The position numbers were made by a program, and so were the translations under genes. A DNA stretch of 64,000 nt from Alphaproteobacteria bacterium. Its GTDB lineage: Bacteria > Pseudomonadota > Alphaproteobacteria > CBDDJK01. Below are positions 38,677-48,035 of this stretch, in pieces; position 1 is the first letter of the stretch; each line of letters opens with the position of its first letter. The notes beneath the pieces were generated by a model. The model worked only from the letters and a program-made list of their open reading frames with translations. It did not search any database and was not told the DNA's origin. The DNA lies in assembly GCA_965229675.1 (NCBI GenBank), contig OZ245897.1, forward strand, positions 9,164-73,163. The letters run 5' to 3'.

Positions 38677-38719
38677 TGTTTGAAAAATTGGTTTAATCAA
38701 GCTAAACGACATTAGGGAT

Positions 38720-39190
38720 TTGTCTAACTTTTTTGATTTAGGGGATATTGTGATGCTTATTTCACCAGCTTATGCACAAGCCGCAGGCGGCGGTGGCGAT
38801 TTAATTGGTGCGTTTTTACCATTAATTTTGATCTTTGTTATTTTCTATTTTTTACTAATTCGCCCGCAACAAAAGAAACAAAAAGAACATAAAGCTAAGG
38901 TTAGCGCAGTAAAGCGTGGGGATCGTGTTGTGCTTGGCGGCGGGATTTATGGAACCGTAACACAGGTGATTAGCGATTTAGATTGCACCATTGAAATTTC
39001 AAAAGGCGTTGAAATTAACGTAATGAAACAAACCATTTTGGATGTAATCAATAAGGAAGATGCGCCGCCTACACCAGCACCAGCTCAAACGAAAGCAGCC
39101 GCAAAAACGCCCGCAAAGCGCAAAACAGCTTCGCGTAAGAAAACCCAAGCTGCTGATAAAAAGGATGAACCTAGTTCTGAATCAGAATAG
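38720..39190 (+). CDS. yajC: Preprotein translocase subunit YajC with a Lys/Ala/Pro-rich C-terminal extension
   Basis: It has the YajC transmembrane helix and core (LLIRPQQKKQKEHKAKVSAVKRGDRVVLGGGIYG). The start is probably at 38753. Confidence 0.85.
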   Translation: MSNFFDLGDIVMLISPAYAQAAGGGGDLIGAFLPLILIFVIFYFLLIRPQQKKQKEHKAKVSAVKRGDRVVLGGGIYGTVTQVISDLDCTIEISKGVEINVMKQTILDVINKEDAPPTPAPAQTKAAAKTPAKRKTASRKKTQAADKKDEPSSESE

Positions 39191-39231
39191 GTATTTGAAC
39201 CATCCACTGTTTGTTTTGGAGTCCTTAGCGA

Positions 39232-40809
39232 ATGCTTGAATTTCCATTATGGAAAAAATTATTGGTCACAATTGTTAGCGTTTGGGGGATTTTATACGCA
39301 TTACCCAACCTAATCCCGAACCTATTGCCGCAAGATGGACCGCAGTGGTTACCTGGCAAAACCGCTAATTTGGGGCTTGATTTACAAGGTGGTGCGCATC
39401 TTTTACTGGAAGTGCAGATGGAGGAGGTTTATCAGGCAAGACTTGAAAATGCAGAACAAGCAATTCGCATTACCCTGAGGCAACAGCGCATACGCGCCCA
39501 TTCTTTTGCTGTAAATTCAGGAGAGGATGGCACTGGCGGGCTTTCTTTTTCGCTTGCCAATCAAGATGATCTTGAAACCGTTCGTCAACTTATCAATAGT
39601 TATGATGAACAGTTGGAAATTTCATTGGTACAAGGGGGACGCCTTACCTTACAATTTATGGAGGAGGCTAGGCTGGATATGCGTCAGAATGCACTTGATC
39701 AATCAATCGAGGTTGTAAGGCGACGAATTGATGAATATGGCACAAGTGAACCAATTATTCAGCGTCAAGGTTTGGAACGTATTTTGGTTCAAGTGCCGGG
39801 GGTTCGTGATGCGGCCAGCCTTAAATCCTTGTTAAACACAACAGCGCGGCTAACCTTCCATCAAGTATCACGTGTGGTTGATCAAACGCAGTTTCAAACC
39901 ATGGTTGTCCCTGTTGGACAAATGGCTTTACCAAGTGCTGAAAACCCATCTCAAATAATCTTGCTTGATCAAACATCCGTAGTTGGCGGGGAAGCCCTTG
40001 AAAATGCACAATCTACATTTGATCAAGGACAACCTGCGGTTAATTTCACATTTGATTCTGTGGGGGCAAAGGCATTTGGTGATTATACTGCCGCTAATGT
40101 AGGGGAACGCTTGGCGATTGTCCTTGATGAGCAAGTCATTAGCATGCCATCAATTAGAGAGCCGATTTTAACAGGGACAGGAATGATCTCAGGCAGTTTC
40201 ACCGTGCAAACTGCAGAAAATTTGGCGGTGTTATTAAGGGCTGGTGCATTGCCTGCCCCTTTAACTTATATTGAAGAACGCACGGTTGGTCCTGGTCTTG
40301 GTGCGGATTCAATCGCCGCAGGGCAGTTAGCTGCTTTAATTGCAATGCTAGGCGTTTGTGCCTTTATGATTTTAAATTATCGTTGGTTTGGGGTTTATGC
40401 GGTGATTGCGCTTTTGGTTAATTTATGCCTGATCTTAGCCATCATAACTGTGTTGCGGGTAACCTTGACCTTACCAGGGATTGCAGGGCTGGTGCTTACC
40501 GTTGGGATTGCGGTGGATGCGAATATTTTAATCTATCAGCGAATCCGTGAAGAAGCCCGCCAACGAAGCCTGCCGTCCAATGCGATTGATACGGGTTATC
40601 GCCGTGCTTTTGGAACAATTATTGATTCCAATTTAACCACTTTGATTGGATCAATCTTGCTTTTTTCCTTTGGTAAAGGCCCTATTCAAGGGTTTGCGCT
40701 AACCTTAAGCATTGGCATACTCTGTTCAATGTTTACTGCAATTATGGTGACACGATTTTTCGTTATTTCTTGGTTACGGCGCACGCGCCCTAAAACCATT
40801 CCGCTATGA
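39232..40809 (+). CDS. secD: Protein translocase subunit SecD
   Basis: 525 aa with a large periplasmic domain and a C-terminal 6-transmembrane RND-like bundle. Confidence 0.92.
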   Translation: MLEFPLWKKLLVTIVSVWGILYALPNLIPNLLPQDGPQWLPGKTANLGLDLQGGAHLLLEVQMEEVYQARLENAEQAIRITLRQQRIRAHSFAVNSGEDGTGGLSFSLANQDDLETVRQLINSYDEQLEISLVQGGRLTLQFMEEARLDMRQNALDQSIEVVRRRIDEYGTSEPIIQRQGLERILVQVPGVRDAASLKSLLNTTARLTFHQVSRVVDQTQFQTMVVPVGQMALPSAENPSQIILLDQTSVVGGEALENAQSTFDQGQPAVNFTFDSVGAKAFGDYTAANVGERLAIVLDEQVISMPSIREPILTGTGMISGSFTVQTAENLAVLLRAGALPAPLTYIEERTVGPGLGADSIAAGQLAALIAMLGVCAFMILNYRWFGVYAVIALLVNLCLILAIITVLRVTLTLPGIAGLVLTVGIAVDANILIYQRIREEARQRSLPSNAIDTGYRRAFGTIIDSNLTTLIGSILLFSFGKGPIQGFALTLSIGILCSMFTAIMVTRFFVISWLRRTRPKTIPL

Positions 40810-40824
40810 TAAGGTTTCTTTTTC

Positions 40825-41736
40825 ATGTTGCTTAAATTTTTACCTGAACAGCCTAATCTTCCCTTTATGAGGTACCGCAAGCCGATGATGGCGATTTCAC
40901 TGTTGCTTTCAATCGGTGCGATTATTGCAACCCTTATTGGCGGGCTTAATCTGGGGATTGATTTTCTGGGAGGATCTTTGCTGGAAGTGCGCACAAAGCA
41001 GGCCGATATTTCAACCTTTCGTGAACGCCTAAGCGGTTTGGATGTTGGTGAAGTTGGCCTGCAAGAATTTGGTAGCACGCAGGATATTTTAATCCGTATT
41101 CAGCGACAACAAGGCGATGGTGAGGCTCAAAACCAAGCGATTGCTAAGGTACGAGAAGTGATTGATCCCTTGGTTGAAGAATATCGCCGTGTTGAATTTG
41201 TTGGGCCAACCATTGGCGGGGAGTTGAGAGAAGCCGCCATTTTAGCGACATTTGCCGCTTTACTTGCGGTGATGCTTTATGTTTGGTTCCGCTTTGAATG
41301 GCAATTCAGCGTTGCCGCCGTTGTTACTTTATTCCACGATGTGCTACTCACCCTTGGGTTATTTGCGTTGGTGGGTCTTGAATTTAACCTTGCGATTGTT
41401 GCCGCCCTTTTAACCATTGCAGGCTATTCCATCAATGACACTGTGGTGATTTTTGATCGGGTGCGGGAAAATATCCGAAAATATAAAAAATTAAGCTGGG
41501 TTGATTTATTAAATAAATCGGTCAATGATACGTTATCGCGTACATTACTCACCAGCTTAACGACCGAGATTGCACTGCTAGCCCTTGTTTTGTTTGGAGG
41601 AGAAGTCTTACGCGGGTTTTCAATCGCGCTAATGTTTGGGGTATTTATTGGTACATATTCTTCCTATTTCATTGCAACGCCTTTATTGATTCTGTTGAAA
41701 CCTGACCGCCGTTCTGGTGAAGACGAAACCGCATAA
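40825..41736 (+). CDS. secF: Protein translocase subunit SecF
   Basis: 303 aa with the SecF transmembrane bundle. It lies directly after secD. Confidence 0.92.
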   Translation: MLLKFLPEQPNLPFMRYRKPMMAISLLLSIGAIIATLIGGLNLGIDFLGGSLLEVRTKQADISTFRERLSGLDVGEVGLQEFGSTQDILIRIQRQQGDGEAQNQAIAKVREVIDPLVEEYRRVEFVGPTIGGELREAAILATFAALLAVMLYVWFRFEWQFSVAAVVTLFHDVLLTLGLFALVGLEFNLAIVAALLTIAGYSINDTVVIFDRVRENIRKYKKLSWVDLLNKSVNDTLSRTLLTSLTTEIALLALVLFGGEVLRGFSIALMFGVFIGTYSSYFIATPLLILLKPDRRSGEDETA

Positions 41737-41762
41737 AACCTATAATTAGATAGGGGGATTAA

Positions 41763-42140
41763 ATGGCGGAAGATCGCTTTTCAACTTCCAAATGGCCGCT
41801 TGAGATTGAGCTTGTTCGCAATAAAAAAAGCTTAAACATTACATTCGACGATGGTAAAGATTTTAACCTTTCAGCAGAATATTTAAGGGTGCATAGCCCT
41901 TCGGCAGAAGTGCAAGGCCATTCCCCTTCCGAACGAAAATTGGTGGCGGGAAAAGCAGAGGTTGCAATTGTTCAAATTGAAGAAATTGGTAATTATGCCA
42001 TCCGCTTGATCTTTGATGATCAGCATGATACAGGAATTTATAGCTGGCAATATCTTTATAAGCTTGGCAGTGAATTTGATTTAAACTGGCAAGATTATTT
42101 GGATTCCCTTGAAAAGGCAGGGGCTTCGCGCCATGCCTGA
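41763..42140 (+). CDS. DUF971 protein (gamma-butyrobetaine hydroxylase-like N-terminal domain fold)
   Basis: 125 aa. The pattern LEIELVRNKKSLNITFDDGKDFNLSAEYLRVHSPSAE...IYSWQYLYKL is typical of DUF971. Confidence 0.65.
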   Translation: MAEDRFSTSKWPLEIELVRNKKSLNITFDDGKDFNLSAEYLRVHSPSAEVQGHSPSERKLVAGKAEVAIVQIEEIGNYAIRLIFDDQHDTGIYSWQYLYKLGSEFDLNWQDYLDSLEKAGASRHA

Positions 42141-42241
42141 GTCAAATTGAAATGATACTATGTTGGTGGATTATTAAGCATAGTATTTTAATTTAAGATA
42201 TGCTATAGCATTAATATAATTTAAAAAAAGAGTATAAAAAC

Positions 42242-42877
42242 TTGGATATTCAGTTACATAAAGGCGATTTGCCTAGTTTAGATCAACCTGCGATGCAAAA
42301 GCTTGTATCAGCAGAAGCACTTGCTGTTGATACTGAAACACAAGGGCTTTACATTCCAGTACATCGTTTATGTTTGGTTCAAATCAGTTGCGGTGATGGT
42401 ATATGCCATCTGGTTCAGCTAGGTGCGAATGATTATAATCATGCAACCAATTTAAAGCAGTTGCTTAGCAATCCTAACCAATTAAAATTATTTCATTTTG
42501 CCCGCTTCGATGTTGGGGCATTAAATCATTGGTTGGGGATTAAGATCAAACCTATCTATTGTACAAAAATTGCGTCCAAACTTGTGCGTACCTATGGTGC
42601 TAGTCATGGGCTTTCCGCTTTGGTTAGAGAATTGCTTGGGATTACCTTGGATAAGGAACAACAAACCTCTGATTGGGCGCGCGAGAACCTTAGTGAGTCG
42701 CAAAAGCTTTATGCAGCACAAGATGTTCTTTATCTGCATCGTATTCGCCATCACTTGGATAAAATGCTGGTGCGCGAAGGACGAAAAGACCTTGCCGAAG
42801 CCTGTTTTTCATTTTTACCAGATCGAATTGCAATAGATTTTATTGGCATGGAACACGAAGATATCTTTAGCCATTAA
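42242..42877 (+). CDS. rnd: 3'-5' exonuclease, short RNase D-like protein
   Basis: It has a DEDDy exonuclease domain (LAVDTETQGLY..., HFARFDVGAL, YAAQDVLYLH). The ORF begins with TTG, so the true start is uncertain. Confidence 0.75.
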   Translation: MDIQLHKGDLPSLDQPAMQKLVSAEALAVDTETQGLYIPVHRLCLVQISCGDGICHLVQLGANDYNHATNLKQLLSNPNQLKLFHFARFDVGALNHWLGIKIKPIYCTKIASKLVRTYGASHGLSALVRELLGITLDKEQQTSDWARENLSESQKLYAAQDVLYLHRIRHHLDKMLVREGRKDLAEACFSFLPDRIAIDFIGMEHEDIFSH

Positions 42878-42936
42878 TTAATTGTTTGTTCTGAAATTTT
42901 AAACTTTTACAATCGCTTTTTTAAAGGGAGAGAGAG

Positions 42937-43944
42937 ATGCGTTGGGCATTAATTGGCGCAAGTACAATTGCCGCAGAACATATGATTGGGGCGATACAGG
43001 AGAAGGGCGGAGAGATTATTCATCTTGTCAGCGGTTCGGCAGAACATGCTGCAAACTTTGCCAATGCCTATGCGATTCCCAATCATGGAACAGATTTGAA
43101 TAAAGCTGTTTCGGATACTTCAGTTGATGCTGTTTATATCTCCAGCACGAATGAAAAGCATTTTGCACAAGCGCAAGCGGCGATTGCAGCGGGGAAACAT
43201 GTGTTATGTGAAAAGCCACTTGCAATGACGGTTGATGAAGCGGTGCAGATGGTACGTGCGGCTGAGGCAAAAGGCGTTGTATTTGGCACCAATCATCATT
43301 TGCGTTGTGCGGGTAGCCATCAAGCAATACGCGCACTTATTCACGATGAAGCGCGAATTGGGAATATCCTATCCATAAGATTATTCCATGCGGTGCATCT
43401 TCCTGAACATTTGCGTGGATGGCGGATTAACGATGCTAGTGCGGGGGGCGGTGCCATTCTTGATATTACAGTCCATGATGCGGATGTTGTTCGCTTCTTA
43501 ACAGGTGAAGACCCCGTTGATGTTGTTGCACAAGCTGGAAGTTCGGGCATGGGTACGGGGGTTGAAGATTCAGCAATGTCGTCATGGAGACTTCCTTCAG
43601 GTGCGATGGTACAATCACATGAAAGTTTTACTCACCCATTTTCAGGCACAGGGCTTGAAATACACGGTACAAAAGGATCAATTTTTGCAAGCGGTGTGAT
43701 GACCCAAAAACCAATTGGTAATATTCATCTTGTAACTGAAGAAGGAAAAGAGACTATTTCATTTTCTAATCATAATCTTTATCATTATGGGGTTGGACGA
43801 TTTGTAGATGCAGTTGCAGGTGAAGGCACACCAGCTGCAACAGGTTGGGATGGTGTTAAATCTTTTGCCATTGCCTATGCTGTGCGGGAGGCCGCATTGA
43901 CAGGCCAACGCATCACCTTAAATTATGAAGGATTTGGCAAGTAA
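42937..43944 (+). CDS. Gfo/Idh/MocA family NAD(P)-dependent oxidoreductase
   Basis: 335 aa with an N-terminal Rossmann fold MRWALIGASTIAAEH and the EKP motif (LCEKPLA). Confidence 0.85.
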   Translation: MRWALIGASTIAAEHMIGAIQEKGGEIIHLVSGSAEHAANFANAYAIPNHGTDLNKAVSDTSVDAVYISSTNEKHFAQAQAAIAAGKHVLCEKPLAMTVDEAVQMVRAAEAKGVVFGTNHHLRCAGSHQAIRALIHDEARIGNILSIRLFHAVHLPEHLRGWRINDASAGGGAILDITVHDADVVRFLTGEDPVDVVAQAGSSGMGTGVEDSAMSSWRLPSGAMVQSHESFTHPFSGTGLEIHGTKGSIFASGVMTQKPIGNIHLVTEEGKETISFSNHNLYHYGVGRFVDAVAGEGTPAATGWDGVKSFAIAYAVREAALTGQRITLNYEGFGK

Positions 43945-43980
43945 CTTTCTTTAAAAATTTTGCATTAAGTTACAAATTTC

Positions 43981-45489
43981 ATGTTTGATGCGGATATTCT
44001 AATTATAGGTTCTGGCATGGGCGGTGCAACCATGGCCGCCGCTTTAGCCCCCACTGGTGCTTCCATATTAATTGTTGAGCGTGGCGATTATCTACCGCCA
44101 TCAAGTGCTAATCGTGATGATGAAGCCATCTTCACGCACGGTCATTTCCGTCCTGATGAGGAATGGATTGACCATAAAGGTAAGCCTTTTAATCCTGGTA
44201 ATTATTATTATGTTGGCGGTAATAGTAAATTTTATGGTGCTGTACTGATGCGTTATCGCGAGCAAGATTTTAAGCCCTTAAACCATCTTGGCGGTGTTTC
44301 ACCAAGTTGGCCTATTGATTATCAAACGCTGGAACCATTTTATCAGCAAGCTGAAACCCTATATAATGTGTGTGGTCAATTAAGTGAAGACCCAACAGAG
44401 CCATCGCATTCAGGCAACTATCTCAATCCGCCAATTCCTGATGAGCCAGTTATTGCTGATTTGCGTCAACGCTTAAAGCGACTTGGATTACATCCTTCAT
44501 CGCTACCGCTTGGTGTTGATCTTCCCCGATGGTTAGAAAATGGTAAAACCCCTTGGGATGCGTTTCCAGATAGCAATGGCGGCAAGATGGATGCCGAATC
44601 CGTAGGGATCAAAACAGCACTTGCCCATAAAAATGTTCAATTATTAACCCGTACGCCTGCGATAAAATTGTTGGTTGATGAAGATAAAGCCGCCAATGCG
44701 CCATCTATTACAGGTGTTGTGGTTGATAGCCCTGAGGGCAAAAAAACTTTGCATGCAAAACTGGTAATTGTTTGCGCAGGTGCGGTGCAATCAGCGATTT
44801 TATTGCAAGCCTCAACCACAGAAGCCTATCCAAATGGGCTTGCCAATCGTTCAGATCAGCTTGGACGCAATTTAATGAATCATAATACCTCCGCAGTTCT
44901 TGCCTTACATCCGTTGCGCAAAAACCCTTCCATCTATCAAAAAACTTTGGCAGTGAATGATTTTTATTTTTCTGGTGGGGAACAAAATTATCCGCTTGGC
45001 AATATTCAATTGGTTGGCAAAGTCTCTGGAACGATCCTTGCGGCAAAATCTCCGGTTCCACGTTTTATGGCAAATTGGATTGCTGAACGTTCAATTGATT
45101 TTTTAGCTATGTCCGAGGATTTGCCCGATCCAAAAAGTCGTGTCATATTAAAGAATGGAAAAATCGGTTTTCACTGGCATTATTCAAATTTGAAAACGCA
45201 TCAACAGTTGGTTCGTAAATTAAAATCCATATTGCGGCAGGCTGGATTCCCGATTGTGCTTTCTCATACATTTGATCAGCGCACGCCCTCTCATCAATGT
45301 GGAACGGCGCGTATGGGCGATGACCCTGCAACCAGTGTTGTTGATTCTTTCGGGCGCACCCATGATCATCCAAATTTATTTATTATGGATGGTGCAATTT
45401 TGCCAACTTCGGCGGCGGTCAATCCTTCCCTTACCATTGCAGCTCTGGCCTTACGTTTAGCAGATCATATTAAAACAACAGAATTATGA
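43981..45489 (+). CDS. GMC-family FAD-dependent oxidoreductase
   Basis: It has the N-terminal DADILIIGSGMGGA and a C-terminal GMC_oxred_C-like region (GTARMGDDPATSVVDSFGRTHDHPNLFIMDGAILPTS). Confidence 0.85.
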   Translation: MFDADILIIGSGMGGATMAAALAPTGASILIVERGDYLPPSSANRDDEAIFTHGHFRPDEEWIDHKGKPFNPGNYYYVGGNSKFYGAVLMRYREQDFKPLNHLGGVSPSWPIDYQTLEPFYQQAETLYNVCGQLSEDPTEPSHSGNYLNPPIPDEPVIADLRQRLKRLGLHPSSLPLGVDLPRWLENGKTPWDAFPDSNGGKMDAESVGIKTALAHKNVQLLTRTPAIKLLVDEDKAANAPSITGVVVDSPEGKKTLHAKLVIVCAGAVQSAILLQASTTEAYPNGLANRSDQLGRNLMNHNTSAVLALHPLRKNPSIYQKTLAVNDFYFSGGEQNYPLGNIQLVGKVSGTILAAKSPVPRFMANWIAERSIDFLAMSEDLPDPKSRVILKNGKIGFHWHYSNLKTHQQLVRKLKSILRQAGFPIVLSHTFDQRTPSHQCGTARMGDDPATSVVDSFGRTHDHPNLFIMDGAILPTSAAVNPSLTIAALALRLADHIKTTEL

Positions 45490-45501
45490 TATTTATTAAA
45501 A

Positions 45502-46824
45502 ATGCAAGAAATTGACTGGTTAAAAAGCTTATTTCATCATGCGGTAACAATTGCTGACCCGTTACAAGCAGTTCCGAAGCATTTGCCATCCTTTCCATCG
45601 GCTAAGCGTATTGTTGTACTTGGTGCGGGTAAAGCAAGTGCGCGCATGGCTGAAGCGGTTGAAACTCACTGGAGAGATAATTGGGGAGATAAATATGAAG
45701 GATTGGTTATTACCCGCTATGGTTATGCAAATCCAAATCAGTTAGCGCAGTCGAATGGCATAGAGATTGTTGAAGCTGCGCATCCAATTCCAGACGAAGC
45801 AGGGTTGAAGGCAGGCGAACGCCTATTAACTTTAGCCGATTCATTAACAGAAGAAGATTATGTATTAGCATTAATTTCTGGTGGGGCATCTGCTTTGATG
45901 GTTGCACCTGCCTTTGGCTTAAGCCTTGAAGAGAAACAAGCGATAAACGCTGTACTGCTTGCCTGCGGTGCGCCGATTACACAAATCAACCAAGTCAGAA
46001 TGGCGTTAAGCAATATTAAAGGGGGTCAGCTCGCCGCCAGATGTTATCCTGCAACCTTGCACAGCTTGATTATTTCAGATGTGCCTGGTGATGATCCTGC
46101 AATTATCGGTTCTGGCGCAACCTATCCGCAACATATTGATTATCGTCAAGCTGTAACCATTCTTGATCAATTCAATATTAACCTTCCCCCTCATGCGCAT
46201 ATGCAACTATTAAAAAAGGCTGATGAACAAGCACAATCTGAGGCAACACCACAACCCTATCTTAATGATAACAAAATAACGCATCAGATCATTATGACGC
46301 CCCAACAAGCCCTTCAAGAAACAGCTGAATTTGCACGTACACAGAGGATTGAAGTTATTCTGCTTGGCGATCAAATTGAAGGGGAAGCAAGGGATATAGC
46401 CGCCCAACATGCTCGGCTTGCCCTTACCTATCAAACTAAATTAAAAACGGGCAAATCTTTATTACTCCTTTCAGGTGGGGAGTTAACCGTTACCAAAACA
46501 GGAGATGGTACGGGTGGGTCAAATAGCGAGTATATGTTAAGCCTTGCCATCGCACTTGCAGGAAAAGATAATATATGGGCATTAGCAGGCGATACCGATG
46601 GGGTTGATGGCAGTTTTACCAAGGAAACAGGGGAAATTGCAGGGGCTTTTATTGATCCAAATACATTGATCCGCGCCGATAAGATTGGTGTTGATCCGCA
46701 TCAAGCCTTAGCGCAAAATAATTCTCATATATTTTTTCAAGCAATTGGTCAAAACCTAATTACTGGCCCCACCTTTACCAATATCAATGATTTTCGTGCA
46801 ATCTTCATTCGATCAAATCAATAA
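45502..46824 (+). CDS. Glycerate kinase of the MOFRL family (glycerate 2-kinase / TtuD-like)
   Basis: 440 aa with N-terminal GAGKA and a C-terminal MOFRL region (GGELTVTKTGDGTGG..., GDTDGVDGS). Confidence 0.75.
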   Translation: MQEIDWLKSLFHHAVTIADPLQAVPKHLPSFPSAKRIVVLGAGKASARMAEAVETHWRDNWGDKYEGLVITRYGYANPNQLAQSNGIEIVEAAHPIPDEAGLKAGERLLTLADSLTEEDYVLALISGGASALMVAPAFGLSLEEKQAINAVLLACGAPITQINQVRMALSNIKGGQLAARCYPATLHSLIISDVPGDDPAIIGSGATYPQHIDYRQAVTILDQFNINLPPHAHMQLLKKADEQAQSEATPQPYLNDNKITHQIIMTPQQALQETAEFARTQRIEVILLGDQIEGEARDIAAQHARLALTYQTKLKTGKSLLLLSGGELTVTKTGDGTGGSNSEYMLSLAIALAGKDNIWALAGDTDGVDGSFTKETGEIAGAFIDPNTLIRADKIGVDPHQALAQNNSHIFFQAIGQNLITGPTFTNINDFRAIFIRSNQ

Positions 46825-46835
46825 GGATAAAGATA

Positions 46836-48008
46836 ATGGTTCTAAACGACACTGACCATCAAGAATTTTTACGCCAAGATGCCCTGCGGCAACTGGAGTT
46901 TTTTAATCAAAGTCTGCGTTCAGATGGCGGCTTTGATACGCTGAATTATGATGGTTTGCCATTGCCTTATCACGGGCAGGCATTGCACACGACAACCCGA
47001 TTGATTCATAGCTTTGCTCTTGGCAAGCAACTTGGATTTGATGGCGATTCATTAATTGATGCGGGCATGAAAGCCCTTTGGGATTGGCACCGTGACCAAG
47101 ATCATGGTGGTTTTTTTCAGTGTGTTAAAGGAAATCATACAGTCAATCCTATAAAAATGGCTTATGGTCATGCGTTTGTTTTATTGGCTGCCTCCAGCGC
47201 CTATCAAATAGATCATCCTGATGCAATGCGATTGCTTGATACCGTGCATTCCATCATTGATACCTATTATTGGGATGAGGATCACGGGCTGATGCGTGAA
47301 GAGTTTAATCAAAATTGGACAATATTTTCTGCTTATCGTGGAATGAATGCCAACATGCATTCGATTGAGGCCATGTTGGCTGCCTTTAATGTAACAGGAC
47401 GGGAAGTTTATTTGCAACGCGCGGGTAAAATCATTGATTTTTTTGTTAATAAAATCGCCCCTATTTATAATTGGCGTATTCCCGAGCATTATGATGAAGC
47501 TTGGCACGTCACGCTTGATTATGATGGGGATCCTGTTTTTCGTCCACGTGGTTCAACCCCTGGTCATAGTTTTGAATTAGGACGCTTACTAATTGAATAT
47601 TGGGATTTATCTGGCCGCAAAGATGAACAACATTTATTAAATGCAAGAAATTTGATTGATGCTGCCCTTAAAGATGGTTGGTTAAAAGAAGGAGGGTTTG
47701 TTTATACCCTCAATCCGCAAACGGGGAAAGCTGACCGCCCGCATCGTTATTGGTGGCCTGTCACCGAAGCGATTGGTGCCATCGCAACTCTGCTTAAAAT
47801 TGATCCAACGCCACAAGATGAATTATGGTATCGCCGCCTTTGGACTTTTTCCGATCAATATTTGATTGACCATAAACAAGGCGGATGGTTTCCTGAATTG
47901 GATGATACGGGCAACCCGCACGCCATGCAATTTCATGGCAAACCAGATATTTATCATTCTTTACAAGCAAATCTTATTCCAATGCGCAAACAAATTTCAC
48001 TTTGGTGA
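46836..48008 (+). CDS. AGE-family (alpha/alpha)6-barrel sugar epimerase/isomerase (N-acylglucosamine 2-epimerase / mannose-isomerase / sulfoquinovose-isomerase-like)
   Basis: 390 aa. The spacing of aromatic and His residues and the overall composition are typical of the AGE superfamily. Confidence 0.7.
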   Translation: MVLNDTDHQEFLRQDALRQLEFFNQSLRSDGGFDTLNYDGLPLPYHGQALHTTTRLIHSFALGKQLGFDGDSLIDAGMKALWDWHRDQDHGGFFQCVKGNHTVNPIKMAYGHAFVLLAASSAYQIDHPDAMRLLDTVHSIIDTYYWDEDHGLMREEFNQNWTIFSAYRGMNANMHSIEAMLAAFNVTGREVYLQRAGKIIDFFVNKIAPIYNWRIPEHYDEAWHVTLDYDGDPVFRPRGSTPGHSFELGRLLIEYWDLSGRKDEQHLLNARNLIDAALKDGWLKEGGFVYTLNPQTGKADRPHRYWWPVTEAIGAIATLLKIDPTPQDELWYRRLWTFSDQYLIDHKQGGWFPELDDTGNPHAMQFHGKPDIYHSLQANLIPMRKQISLW

Positions 48009-48035
48009 TATTGACGTGAAGTAAAATCTCAATTT

